DNA of 57,991 bases, counting the filler, from Candidatus Hydrogenedentota bacterium (GTDB lineage Bacteria; JBFMHD01), in NCBI GenBank assembly GCA_040752395.1. It is 5 parts of 5 records of this genome, joined end to end, with 100 filler letters (N's around TTAATTAATTAA, not from the genome) between each part and the next. Parts side by side here need not be neighbours in the genome. Positions count along the whole stretch, not along the records: positions 11,864 to 23,393 come from JBFMHD010000077.1; positions 23,494 to 35,009 come from JBFMHD010000078.1; 3 more parts are not named here. One strand, 5' to 3'. Position 1 is the first letter of the stretch, and each line of letters opens with the position of its first letter. Position numbers and translations under genes: made by a program. The notes below the pieces were generated by a model. It ran no database searches and was not told the origin of the DNA. It saw only the letters and a program-made list of their open reading frames with translations. This document shows positions 18,691 to 28,613 of this stretch, one piece after another.

Positions 18691-19550
18691 TACTTACCAC
18701 CCATAATCCCTGATGGTTTAATAAGAAGTATTATTATCAAGATAGCAAAAGCTATCGCGTCTTTATAACCCGATGAAATATATGCGCTGCCTAAGCTTTC
18801 AAGGACTCCAAGTAAAACACCGCCAAGCATCGCGCCTGGAATATTACCTATACCTCCAAGCACAGCCGCAGTGAATGCTTTTATACCTGCAACATATCCC
18901 ATAGTTGGGTAAATGACACCATAATACATTCCTATCAAAATACCAGCAACAGCTGCCAGACTCGAGCCTATCGCAAAAGTCGTTGAGATAATTCTGTCAA
19001 TATTTATACCCATTAAAGAAGCAACTATTTTATCCTGAGCAGTACAACGTATCGCACAACCAAGTTTAGTATACTTTACAAATATATGGAGCACTAACAT
19101 CAAAATCATGGAGACTAAAAGTATAAAGACCTGAATATAAGTTATTTTTACATCTTCAAAAGAGATATATCTATCTTTTAAAAAATCAGGTAACGAAAAA
19201 GCATGCATACGGGTACCCCAGATAAGCATCGCAACATTCTGTAACGCTATCGAAACACCGATCGCTGAGATAAGCGGTGCGAGACGCGATGATTTCCGTA
19301 ATGGTTTATAAGCTACTTTCTCTATTACTATCCCTAAAATAGCAGTAAAAAGAATAGAAAGTAAAGATGCGGGTAATAATGGCAAATGCCAACTACTTAT
19401 AAAAAAAAATGTAATAAAAGCACCCATCATCATAATCTCGCCATGAGCAAAATTAATCAGCTCCAGGATGCCATATACCATTGTATACCCAAGTGCGATT
19501 AAAGCGTAAACACTCCCTAATGTTAAACCATTAATGATTTGCTGACACAT
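18690..19550 (-). CDS. livH: branched-chain amino acid ABC transporter permease
   Basis: QQIINGLTLGSVYALIALGYTMVYGI, INFAHG, KAFTAAVLGGIG. Confidence 0.95.
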   Translation of the reverse strand: MCQQIINGLTLGSVYALIALGYTMVYGILELINFAHGEIMMMGAFITFFFISSWHLPLLPASLLSILFTAILGIVIEKVAYKPLRKSSRLAPLISAIGVSIALQNVAMLIWGTRMHAFSLPDFLKDRYISFEDVKITYIQVFILLVSMILMLVLHIFVKYTKLGCAIRCTAQDKIVASLMGINIDRIISTTFAIGSSLAAVAGILIGMYYGVIYPTMGYVAGIKAFTAAVLGGIGNIPGAMLGGVLLGVLESLGSAYISSGYKDAIAFAILIIILLIKPSGIMGGK

Positions 19551-19555
19551 TATAA

Positions 19556-20677
19556 TTAATACAGAACAAATTTATCGCCTTCAACTTTCTTTATAATAAC
19601 TTTTTTGCCAATAACATCACCATTCTCATCGAACGTTGTCCTGCCTGTAACCCCGGGAAAATCTTTTATTTTCGCTAACGAATCACGAACAAGACCTCTG
19701 TCAATAGAATTAGCATTTCTTATGGCTTCTACTAATAAATAAACCGCATCATAAGATTGCGCAGCCCAGACATCAGGTATATCATTATATTTATCTTTAT
19801 ACTTCCTCACAAAATCCTGCGCCTCTTGCCTGTCATCTGTGTAATGAAAATAACTTGTAACACATACTCCATCAGCTCCATCCCCTGCTATCTTCCATAA
19901 TTCAGATGAATCTATGCCATCACCACCGATAAACGGTAATTTAATCCCCATTTCTCTTGCCTGTTTAATAAATATCGCACCTTTTGGTGTCTCACCACTG
20001 ATACATATAACATCAGCCTCGATTTTTAACCATTTCGATATAATGGGTCTAAAATCCACATCCACAGCCGGGTCATATGTCTCTTTTGATAATATATTAG
20101 CGCCGAGTTCTGTTGCTCTTTTTTCAAAAATATCAGCTAAACCTTTGCCGTATGCATTATTCGCATAAATAATTAATATTCTTTTTGCATTCAATCTATT
20201 TACAGCAAATTCTGCCAGTTGTCTGCCATTCTCATTATCATTTGGTAGATTTCTAAAAACAAATTTTAATCCGCGTTCAGTGAGTCTCGGGTTAGTCGAA
20301 GCAGGCGTTAACTGAATAATACCATTCGCATCGTATATCTCAGAAGCAGGTATAGAACATCCGCTGTTAAAATGACCGATTACTGCGATGATATTATTTA
20401 TTGTTACTAATCTCTGAGCAACTGAAACTGCCTCTTTTGGGTCAGCTTTATCATCACCTATTATATATTCTATCTTATAACCTAAAACACCGCCTGATTG
20501 ATTAATCTCAGAAAGCGCAAGCTCAACCGCATTTTTTATGCTCTCTCCGAATTGAGCAAGCTCACCAGTAAACGGGGCCGCAACCCCTAAAACTATAACC
20601 CTCTCTTTTTTACCACAACCACACGGTAAAAAACAACAGCATAAAATAATAACTAATAAAATCTTAAATATCTTCAT
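19556..20677 (-). CDS. livK: branched-chain amino acid ABC transporter substrate-binding lipoprotein
   Basis: GVAAPFTG, DDKADPKEA, GHFNSG, YDAV, GVTG...FDENGD. Confidence 0.9.
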   Translation of the reverse strand: MKIFKILLVIILCCCFLPCGCGKKERVIVLGVAAPFTGELAQFGESIKNAVELALSEINQSGGVLGYKIEYIIGDDKADPKEAVSVAQRLVTINNIIAVIGHFNSGCSIPASEIYDANGIIQLTPASTNPRLTERGLKFVFRNLPNDNENGRQLAEFAVNRLNAKRILIIYANNAYGKGLADIFEKRATELGANILSKETYDPAVDVDFRPIISKWLKIEADVICISGETPKGAIFIKQAREMGIKLPFIGGDGIDSSELWKIAGDGADGVCVTSYFHYTDDRQEAQDFVRKYKDKYNDIPDVWAAQSYDAVYLLVEAIRNANSIDRGLVRDSLAKIKDFPGVTGRTTFDENGDVIGKKVIIKKVEGDKFVLY

Positions 20678-20818
20678 TTTATAAAAACTCCTTACTTTTT
20701 ATAATCTTATTCTATTCAACTCGATTTGTCAATTATTTATTTGGCCTCAATTGTGATTCGACATTTAATATAAATATTTCTTGCTTTTTTTCAGACCATT
20801 ACTTAGTATTCTATCAAT

Positions 20819-21121
20819 ATGAATAACAGTTTAACAGATAATATAGTAATCCCTCAGCTACAGGTGGAATTTAAAAGCAAGATGCAAGAGGCAAGAAGCA
20901 AGATAACGGAAAACTGTTGTAGTAGCGGATTTATCCGCCCAGAAATTCCACTGAAGACAGGGGGGATACATAATATAAGAAAATGTGTTGGTATAAAAAA
21001 AGATAATTCATTATATCTTTTGACCGAACTAAATGATTTTATCAAAAAAAATCAGGTTTCAAATAAATTAAGGAAAGATGAACGCATACGAAGAGTTGTT
21101 GGTTCTACTTGCAAAAAATAA
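20819..21121 (+). CDS. small hypothetical protein carrying an in-frame family B insertion; probable partner of the downstream nucleotidyltransferase
   Basis: Removing 20846-20977 leaves an open 56-aa ORF overlapping 21078. Confidence 0.5.
   Translation: MNNSLTDNIVIPQLQVEFKSKMQEARSKITENCCSSGFIRPEIPLKTGGIHNIRKCVGIKKDNSLYLLTELNDFIKKNQVSNKLRKDERIRRVVGSTCKK
20846..20969 (+). mobile_element. Family B MITE-like element with 8-bp target duplication
   Basis: GTAATCCCTCAG...GACAGGGGGGATAC flanked by ATAATATA at 20838-20845 and 20970-20977. Confidence 0.8.
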
Positions 21122-21521
21122 TATTCGATATATTATTGTCGGTGGACTGGCATGTGCACTAAATGGATATGTCCGACCCACTATCGATGTAGATATATTA
21201 ATAGAGTACACTAGCGAAAATATTAATAATTTATTAAAAACCTTAACAGATTATAAAAATGGCTATGCGAAAGAATTAAAAGTCGAGGATTTTACTGATG
21301 AAGAAGGCGCAATACGAATTATTGAGGATTTTCCCATAGATATATTTGTTAAAATATCAGGATATTATTACAAAGATATATTAGAATACATACGGTATAA
21401 AAATATTGAAAATTACAATATACCATATTTAGATAAAAAAATGCTAATTATATTAAAAAATGATTCATTAAGAGAGATAGATAAAATAGATGTAATAAAC
21501 TTAAAAGAATTGCCTGATTAA
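21078..21521 (+). CDS. nucleotidyltransferase-family protein
   Basis: YIIVGGLACALNGYVRPTIDVDIL; C-terminal K...REIDKID. Confidence 0.85.
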   Translation: MNAYEELLVLLAKNNIRYIIVGGLACALNGYVRPTIDVDILIEYTSENINNLLKTLTDYKNGYAKELKVEDFTDEEGAIRIIEDFPIDIFVKISGYYYKDILEYIRYKNIENYNIPYLDKKMLIILKNDSLREIDKIDVINLKELPD

Positions 21522-21542
21522 TTGGCTAACAGAAGTCAATAT

Positions 21543-22292
21543 TTAATAACCATAGATTAATCTATCACCCAGTTTTTTAGGTAACCCAGCATCTATAATC
21601 TTTTCTCTTGTTTTGTTAAAATCATACTCTGTTCTGATCAGCCTAACCTCCCTTTTGTTTTCATCAAAAATACAAAAAGCTGCCCTGTTATCTCTGTCTC
21701 TTGGTTGACCCACGCTCCCAACATTCACAATAGCACGTTCATTCTCTTTTAAGGCGATGATAATGCCTTTATTAAAATTCTCTTCTAAAGTTATAGTTCC
21801 CTCCTCTTTATTAAAAATCCACATACATGGTCTATGTGAATGACCTATAAAACAGAACTGTTCTTTGAAACTTAAAAACTTATAATAGATACTCTGAATT
21901 GAAGTATATCCGGGTATCAGATATTCTAAATATGAATCAGGCGGTGCTCCGTGAACAAACAAACTATCGTAAATCGAGATACTATTGGGTAGACTTTTTA
22001 TAAACTCTTTTTGGATATAAGACAAAATTTTCAAAGAAAAAAGAGCACCCTCTTTAGCAAGCGGATTCACATCAGGATCATCTCTTAAATACTCATCAAT
22101 AACCATCATCTCATGATTCCCCATAACATAATCACCGGGTTTAATAATCCCATTTACTCTTTCAAGACATATCCCTGGATCGGCCCCATATCCAACCACA
22201 TCACCCAATATTATAATTCTATCCTCATGAACTATTTTTAATACAGCTTCAAGTGCCTCAATATTAGAATGAATGTCTGAAAGTATTATCAT
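21543..22292 (-). CDS. metallophosphoesterase (calcineurin-like)
   Basis: SDIHSN, LGDVVGYG, GNHE, GHSH, NVGSVGQPRD; ATG 22292 preferred to 22409. Confidence 0.92.
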   Translation of the reverse strand: MIILSDIHSNIEALEAVLKIVHEDRIIILGDVVGYGADPGICLERVNGIIKPGDYVMGNHEMMVIDEYLRDDPDVNPLAKEGALFSLKILSYIQKEFIKSLPNSISIYDSLFVHGAPPDSYLEYLIPGYTSIQSIYYKFLSFKEQFCFIGHSHRPCMWIFNKEEGTITLEENFNKGIIIALKENERAIVNVGSVGQPRDRDNRAAFCIFDENKREVRLIRTEYDFNKTREKIIDAGLPKKLGDRLIYGY

Positions 22293-22748
22293 AAGCACAC
22301 TATAATAATTTTTTTGTATTAAGACAAATCTTTTTATTAAAGTTATATAAAAAATTGTCGATATAAAAATAGAAGAACAGGGATGTTCTAATAAATATAA
22401 ATCATTCACGGAGGAATGAAGTATGAAGGCTACCTGAAATAAATAATAAAGGTAAAAATTTAATATCTAAATTATTCTGATGTAATCGGTAATCATAGAA
22501 CTAATTATTTTTCATCATAATACAATTTACCGATACTATCAGTTTATATAAATTCTTTATCCCTATACCAATGCATTGGTTGTTGAGTATACATGTTATC
22601 TATTAAACATGGAGGTTTAAATAATTATAAGCGGTACAACAAAATTTTTTATTGAAGCCATCGATGTAGATAGTGGTGCTCATATTATCAAAATGTTTTA
22701 CTATTCTTAGTGGATACGGTAGCCTGATTAATATAAATCAGATCTTAT

Positions 22749-22786
22749 TCCTCCGCATCCTTATAGTGATGCGGAGGATTTTTTTT
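22749..22786 (+). terminator. intrinsic terminator
   Basis: 11-bp stem TCCTCCGCATC/GATGCGGAGGA, 8-nt loop, followed by T8. Confidence 0.75.
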
Positions 22787-22790
22787 CTCA

Positions 22791-23060
22791 TCACCCAAAC
22801 CTATAATATTTCTTTATCGGTTTTTTAACATCCCATTCGCAGGAAAGCCCGCTTTCAAAAGTAACAAGATCACCAGCTTTTATACTATAATCACCCTCAT
22901 CTGTTTTTACAGTCACTTCACCCTCAATAATATAACAGGTCTCTCTATCGCTATACTCCCATGGAAACTTGCTAATTCCACAACTCCATACCCCCCAGGT
23001 ATTTAATCCTAATTTATCTTTTTCTTCTTTTGTAGGTTGTGATATTTTGACTTTTGACAT
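22791..23060 (-). CDS. cupin-domain protein (DUF861/EutQ-like)
   Basis: WGVWSC, FPWEY..ETCYIIEGEV, GDLVTF..G..C.W. Confidence 0.88.
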   Translation of the reverse strand: MSKVKISQPTKEEKDKLGLNTWGVWSCGISKFPWEYSDRETCYIIEGEVTVKTDEGDYSIKAGDLVTFESGLSCEWDVKKPIKKYYRFG

Positions 23061-23069
23061 ACACCATTC

Positions 23070-23342
23070 CTCCTCTGAAAAACGCTGTAACTCTAATAAT
23101 TCGGGGTACAGGCTACGGACTACAGCCGGCTGGAGTCAAAAGCCAAAAGCCTGCTGAAAAGTCTTGAGTCTTGAGTCTCAAGTCCTGTTTTGACTCACGA
23201 CTTGCGACTCGCGACTCTTTTCATATCATCTTTAGTTTTTCATCCTTTGTGTAGAGCGCAAAAACCAAAAAACGCAATAACCCAATAACCCAAGAACCCA
23301 ATAGTGTAGAGCGCAAACCGCGCTCATGACTCCTCTGAAAAA
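23070..23342. repeat. Family A element, copy A7
   Basis: Begins and ends with direct CTCCTCTGAAAAA; all internal modules present. Confidence 0.9.
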
Positions 23343-23393
23343 GTAAGAAATGAGAAGTAGCAGTAAAATGGAGGATGCAGAAATAATCTTTTA

Positions 23394-23493
23394 NNNNNNN
23401 NNNNNNNNNNNNNNNNNNNNNNNNNNNNNNNNNNNNNTTAATTAATTAANNNNNNNNNNNNNNNNNNNNNNNNNNNNNNNNNNNNNNNNNNNN
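23394..23493. other. artificial contig linker
   Basis: N44-TTAATTAATTAA-N44. Confidence 0.98.
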
Positions 23494-23613
23494 TTTTAAA
23501 TTTTGAATTTTTTAATCTTTTAATCTTTCAATCTTTTTATCTCCTGTCTTCTGTCTTCTTTCTCCCTTTGTGCCTCAAATATTAACCAACTCCAGCGAAA
23601 ACCGAGGGAATAC
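23494..23613. repeat. 7/8-mer arrays and family B right end
   Basis: ATTAACCAACTCCAGCGAAAACCGAGGGAATAC matches 51991-52023. Confidence 0.75.
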
Positions 23614-23669
23614 GAATCAGAGAATATTTCTATTGACATAAAGAAGTTTTGAGGATTATTATTTGAGTT

Positions 23670-25394
23670 ATGGCTGAGATTATTGAACATGATGTTATAA
23701 TTTTTGGGACTGGATTAGCGGGTTTACGTGCTGCACTTGAGATGGCGCGAAAATCAGATGGTAAAATTAACATAGGACTGGTATCAAAGGTTCAGCTTAA
23801 TCGTGCACACTCAGTCTGTGCCGAGGGCGGTACCGGCGCAGTTTTACGTGAAGAAGAAGGTGATAATTTAGTTCTTCATGCATGGGATACTATTAAGGGT
23901 TCAGATTTTTTAGCTGACCAGGATGCTGTGTTCAGGTTTGTTGAACTCTGTCCGGTGGAGATATTACTTCTTGATCAATGGGGCTGTCCGTGGTCAAGAA
24001 GAGAAGATGGTAGAATCTTACAAAGACCATTTGGTGGTCATAGTTATCCACGCTCAACAATGGCAGCTGATAAAACCGGTTTTTTTGAAATGCAGACCTT
24101 GTATGATAATTTGTTAAAATATAAAGATAGTTTTACACGCTATGACGAGGTTTATGTTACCTCAATTATTATTGAGAACAACGAGTTCTGTGCATTAACA
24201 GCCTATGATGCATGTAATGGTAGATTTCTTGTTTATAGAGGTAAAGCATTACTTATAGCTACTGGTGGTCTCGGCACATTGTATTCTTTTACTACTTATT
24301 CGCAGACTGTGACAGGTGATGGTCAGGCGCTTGCCTACAGAGCAGGACTCGGCCTTGAGGACTCAGAATTTATACAATTCCATCCAACCGGGCTTGTGCC
24401 TTCAGGAATATTAATGACTGAGGGATGCAGGGGTGAGGGTGGCTATTTGATAAACAGTAAGAATGAACGATTTATGGAAAGATATGCACCAAAGATGATG
24501 GAACTTGCTCCACGTGATATAGTTTCAAGGTCTATGATGACTGAGATACTTGAAGGTAGAGGGTTTAGCGGGCCTGATGGACTTGATTATCTTTATCTTG
24601 ATTTAAGACACCTCGGACCACAGAAAATTTACTCAAAATTACCTTTAATACGTGAAGTCTGTATGAAATTTCTTGGCATAGACCCTGTTTTCGACCCGAT
24701 ACCTGTTAGACCTGTTGCACATTATTCTATGGGTGGGATTGAGACTGATATAAATGGGAAGACTACTGTAAATAATATCTGGGCTGCAGGTGAAGTTGCT
24801 TGCGTCTCTATACATGGTGCCAATAGATTGGGCTGTAACTCGACTGCTGAGTGTCTTGTGTATGGTGGGATCACTGGTAGAGAAATTGTAGAGTTTATGA
24901 AATCGCAACCCCAATACCCTGATTTACCAAATGATAAGATAGAGAACGAAGAGAATTTTATTTTAAAAGAGATGTTAAATAAAAAGGGGACCGAAAACCC
25001 ATATACATTGAAAACAGAGTTACGAGATACTATGGGGCGATATGCAGGCGTCTTCAGGACAGGTGATGATTTGAAAAAAGCTTTTTCTAAAGTAAAAGAA
25101 TTAAAATCAAGGTTTAAGAATATTTATGTAAAAGATAAAGGCATTATTTATAATAGTAATTTAATTAATGTACTTGAGATAAGGAATCTGCTTGATTTAG
25201 CCTGTGTTGTGTTAGCAGGTGCTATTTTAAGAGAAGAATCCCGCGGCGGACACGCAAGAGTAGATTTCCCAAAACGTGACGATGAAAAATGGTTAAAACA
25301 TACATTAATGTATTATAATGAAGATAAAGACCCAAAAGTTGATTTTAAACCTGTAAATATTACCAGATGGAAACCGGTTGAAAGAAAATATTAA
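23670..25394 (+). CDS. sdhA: succinate dehydrogenase/fumarate reductase flavoprotein
   Basis: [52 protein letters not shown]. Confidence 0.95.
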   Translation: MAEIIEHDVIIFGTGLAGLRAALEMARKSDGKINIGLVSKVQLNRAHSVCAEGGTGAVLREEEGDNLVLHAWDTIKGSDFLADQDAVFRFVELCPVEILLLDQWGCPWSRREDGRILQRPFGGHSYPRSTMAADKTGFFEMQTLYDNLLKYKDSFTRYDEVYVTSIIIENNEFCALTAYDACNGRFLVYRGKALLIATGGLGTLYSFTTYSQTVTGDGQALAYRAGLGLEDSEFIQFHPTGLVPSGILMTEGCRGEGGYLINSKNERFMERYAPKMMELAPRDIVSRSMMTEILEGRGFSGPDGLDYLYLDLRHLGPQKIYSKLPLIREVCMKFLGIDPVFDPIPVRPVAHYSMGGIETDINGKTTVNNIWAAGEVACVSIHGANRLGCNSTAECLVYGGITGREIVEFMKSQPQYPDLPNDKIENEENFILKEMLNKKGTENPYTLKTELRDTMGRYAGVFRTGDDLKKAFSKVKELKSRFKNIYVKDKGIIYNSNLINVLEIRNLLDLACVVLAGAILREESRGGHARVDFPKRDDEKWLKHTLMYYNEDKDPKVDFKPVNITRWKPVERKY

Positions 25395-25851
25395 GGAGCA
25401 AAAATTAGTGTTTAAGCGGTATAAAAATTACTTAGGTATAGCAGGTTGGGGAGTAGGCCGGAGATGGGGTATCGAAAGGTATCTTTATATTTTGCACAGA
25501 ATCACAGGGCTTGGCATACTCTCGTATTTCCTTTTACATATCTTTGTTACGACCTCAAGAATATTTGGTGAGGAGGTATGGGAGTTTATGATGAGAAGCG
25601 TTGATAAACCTATTTTTAAGATAGGCGAATTCATGGTGTTTTTAGCTTTTTGTTTTCATGGGTTAAATGGGTTAAGATTAATCTTTATTGAGCTCGGGTT
25701 TAAGCTGGCAATAGGAGAGGCAGAAGAACCGGTATATCCATATAAGACCTCGTTAAATAAACAAAGACCATTGCTCTTTGTCTGTATGGTAATTTGTATA
25801 GTACTTGTTATTTTGGGTGGTATAAATTTTATCAGAGTGTTTCATTTTTAA
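25378..25851 (+). CDS. sdhC: succinate dehydrogenase cytochrome b subunit
   Basis: [14 protein letters not shown], 3 TM; exact start uncertain. Confidence 0.85.
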   Translation: MKENIKEQKLVFKRYKNYLGIAGWGVGRRWGIERYLYILHRITGLGILSYFLLHIFVTTSRIFGEEVWEFMMRSVDKPIFKIGEFMVFLAFCFHGLNGLRLIFIELGFKLAIGEAEEPVYPYKTSLNKQRPLLFVCMVICIVLVILGGINFIRVFHF

Positions 25852-25920
25852 GGAACTTATTAAGGAAAAGGGTTCTTAAGGCATTTATCAGGCACAGAGG
25901 CACAAAGAAGAGTACGATTT

Positions 25921-26289
25921 ATGAGAGAAACAAAGTATTGGTTCTGGCACATCGTTTGTGGGTTTGTAATGCTTTTTTTGCTTGGACTACATATGATTAT
26001 TATGCACCTTGATGAAATTCTCGGTGTTTTTAAGTTCGCTGGCGAGAGAGTGCTTGCTTTTGAAAACGTTGCATCTCGAAGTAAAATGATTGGGTTTGCT
26101 TGTATATATGTTCTTTTAGTAGGTGCTGCATTGTATCATGGACTTTACGGTTTGAGAAGTATGCTTTTAGAATTAAGTATGATTAAACCTCTTCATAGAT
26201 TGATTAATATTGGGTTCTGGATATTGGGAGTCATACTTTTTATAGTGGGTGCAGCTGGGAGTATAATTTTTATTATAAGATTTGGTTGA
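25921..26289 (+). CDS. sdhD: succinate dehydrogenase membrane anchor
   Basis: 3 TM, LYHGLYGLR, operon context. Confidence 0.8.
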   Translation: MRETKYWFWHIVCGFVMLFLLGLHMIIMHLDEILGVFKFAGERVLAFENVASRSKMIGFACIYVLLVGAALYHGLYGLRSMLLELSMIKPLHRLINIGFWILGVILFIVGAAGSIIFIIRFG

Positions 26290-27112
26290 TTTTATGAAAC
26301 GCGAGATAATTTTTAAGATATTAAGATACAACCCGGATAATAATAAAAAGCCATTTTATCAAGAATATAAAGTAGAGATAAGAGAAGGTATGACCGTACT
26401 TGATGCTTTACATAAAATCAGGGAGACCGATGACCCAACAATTTCAATGCGGTTCTCTTGTAGAATGGGCGTATGTGGTTCCTGCGCAATGCTTATAAAT
26501 GGTAAACCGCAACTTGCCTGTAGCACTCAGGTATTAGAAGTTTCTAAAAAAATGATCATCCTTGCACCGCTTCCCAATTATGATATCATAAAAGATCTTA
26601 TACCAGATCTGAGTGTGTTATTTGAAAAACATCTATCAATGAAACCTTATATAAAACGAGATGACATTAAAGATAAAGAAGATCCAAAAGAAGAATTTTA
26701 TCAATCACCGGAAGACTTAGTAAAATATTTACAGTTTGCTTATTGCATAAAATGCGGTATATGTTTAGCAGCCTGTCCCACAGTTGCTACAGACAGAGAC
26801 TATCCAGGTCCTATGCCTTTGACCCAGGCTTATAGATATTGTGTAGATACCAGAGATAATGGTTATAAAGATAGGAAAGATGTCTTAGGGGATTCACACG
26901 GCGTCTTTCGCTGTCATTACGCAGGAGAATGCTCCAATGCCTGCCCCAAGGGTGTGGATCCTGCAAAAGCAATCCAGTTTATGAAACGCATGCTTGTATT
27001 TGATTATCTGAAACTACTAAAAACAAAAAAGACGGCTCAATGTTTAGGAAAACCAAAAGACGCAAAACGTATGGAAGGTATCCCTGCCCCACCTGAATTT
27101 ACTATTAAATAA
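26282..27112 (+). CDS. sdhB: succinate dehydrogenase Fe-S subunit
   Basis: SCRMGVCGSC, CIKCGICLAACP, CHYAGECSNACP; start may be ATG at 26294. Confidence 0.95.
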   Translation: MVDFMKREIIFKILRYNPDNNKKPFYQEYKVEIREGMTVLDALHKIRETDDPTISMRFSCRMGVCGSCAMLINGKPQLACSTQVLEVSKKMIILAPLPNYDIIKDLIPDLSVLFEKHLSMKPYIKRDDIKDKEDPKEEFYQSPEDLVKYLQFAYCIKCGICLAACPTVATDRDYPGPMPLTQAYRYCVDTRDNGYKDRKDVLGDSHGVFRCHYAGECSNACPKGVDPAKAIQFMKRMLVFDYLKLLKTKKTAQCLGKPKDAKRMEGIPAPPEFTIK

Positions 27113-27205
27113 TGTAGTGCCACCTCTCTGTCGAGACATTTTTAGACAATTTTTGGCACATTTTGAAGTTGGATTAGTTTTATATCATTGGTCATAAGCG
27201 ATAAC

Positions 27206-28099
27206 TTAAGAGATAACAAGATTAGAAAGCAATACCCTATCTCCTATTTTACAACCAGTTTCCCTGGAAACAACAGGGCATTTTACCATAAATAAAAAGA
27301 AAACAGGCTTTTTTCGCTCATCCAACGACTCGAAATTACCCTGACCTTTACTGATTATCATATCTACTCTCTTATAAATTTTTTTGAAATTTTTTGAGCA
27401 GAGCGAAAGTATGGTTCCCGGTGCATCTATTCCGTTAGAGATTATTTGAGCAATATTATTGATACCGCAAACATTCGCATCCACAAACAATGCGTCATTA
27501 ATAATAGGTTTTGCTTTAACAACGTAGTAAATATTTTTATCAGGATAGATTCTTTTTATTTCCTCAATCAAAATACGGTCAAACACAACCTCACCGGCAT
27601 TGTCTGCCAGATACAGGATATTCTTTGCTGTTTTTAAAGTGCCAAGGAATTCTCTATAATGGAATATGGAATTTTTACGAATACTTTTATTTTTTTCTTT
27701 AAGTATCCTTTTTAATTCGTTATCCACATTTAGACTTTTTCTAACCGGGTTAACTCCAAAATCTATAATATTACCAGCGATAGCTAATTTCAGTGCTGCT
27801 AAAAGTCTATCTTTTGAATAGTTTACTTTATTTTTTAATTCTCGGAAATGATTTAATGCAGAGCGATTACTTTTTTGTTTTATCGCTTTATAGGGGTCAT
27901 CATTAGAACTTAATTTTTTTAAGAGTTTATAAGCGACCCGGGCTATTTCAGGTGGGCTTGCTTCAAGCGAGATCTTCGGGATTTTTTTTGCAAATTCATC
28001 TATAATCTGTTTCTGTTTTTTTGCTTTTACATTAGCGATTCGAGCAGCATCAAGCAACTGTCGAAAAAAACAAGGGATACAATCTAAATATGTTTTCAT
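27206..28099 (-). CDS. DUF89/ARMT1-like damage-control phosphatase
   Basis: CIPC, IAGNIIDFG, DNAGEVVFD, INDA, ISKGQGNFE, KC. Confidence 0.9.
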   Translation of the reverse strand: MKTYLDCIPCFFRQLLDAARIANVKAKKQKQIIDEFAKKIPKISLEASPPEIARVAYKLLKKLSSNDDPYKAIKQKSNRSALNHFRELKNKVNYSKDRLLAALKLAIAGNIIDFGVNPVRKSLNVDNELKRILKEKNKSIRKNSIFHYREFLGTLKTAKNILYLADNAGEVVFDRILIEEIKRIYPDKNIYYVVKAKPIINDALFVDANVCGINNIAQIISNGIDAPGTILSLCSKNFKKIYKRVDMIISKGQGNFESLDERKKPVFFLFMVKCPVVSRETGCKIGDRVLLSNLVIS

Positions 28100-28217
28100 A
28101 GCTTTATCCTCTTAGAGAATATAGTTTTGTCAAGGACTAATCGTATAGCCCACGTATCCCATCTCTCTTGAAAACAGGAAAACCGGGACGGTTCTTGTTT
28201 TTCTTGTTTTTTGATAA

Positions 28218-28592
28218 AGGCACACAAAATTAAATTCAAAATTCAAAATTAAAAATTAGGAGACAGGAGACAGGAGACGGAACTTAGGAGTTGAAGAGTT
28301 GAAGAGTTAAAGAATGTATGGAGTTTTTGGGTTATTGGGTTATTGCGTTTTTGCGCTCTACACAAAGGATGAAAAACTAAAGATGATATGAAAAGAGTCG
28401 TGAGTCGCAAGTCGTGAGTCAAAACAGGACTCGAGACTTTTCAGCAGGCTTTGGGCTTTTGGCTCCAGCCAGCTGTAGTCCGTAGCCTGTAGCCTGTAGC
28501 CTGTCCTGATACCTCTCACTTCTTCCGTTATCTTGCTTCTTGCCTCTTGCTTCTATTTGATATTATTAGAGTTACAACGTTTTTCAGAGGAG
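28218..28592. repeat. Family A element, copy A8 (reverse) with extra TTCAAAA, GACAGGA and GAAGAGTT arrays
   Basis: Ends ...GTTACAACGTTTTTCAGAGGAG. Confidence 0.9.
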
Positions 28593-28613
28593 AATATAGA
28601 GTTCTACTTGTGA

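Noticed and set aside
27725-27755. NPVRKS in DUF89 as an in-frame palindromic insertion related to the 52167 hairpin
   Set aside because: Only a few bases match (GTTAGA...TCTAA), which is too weak without an alignment.
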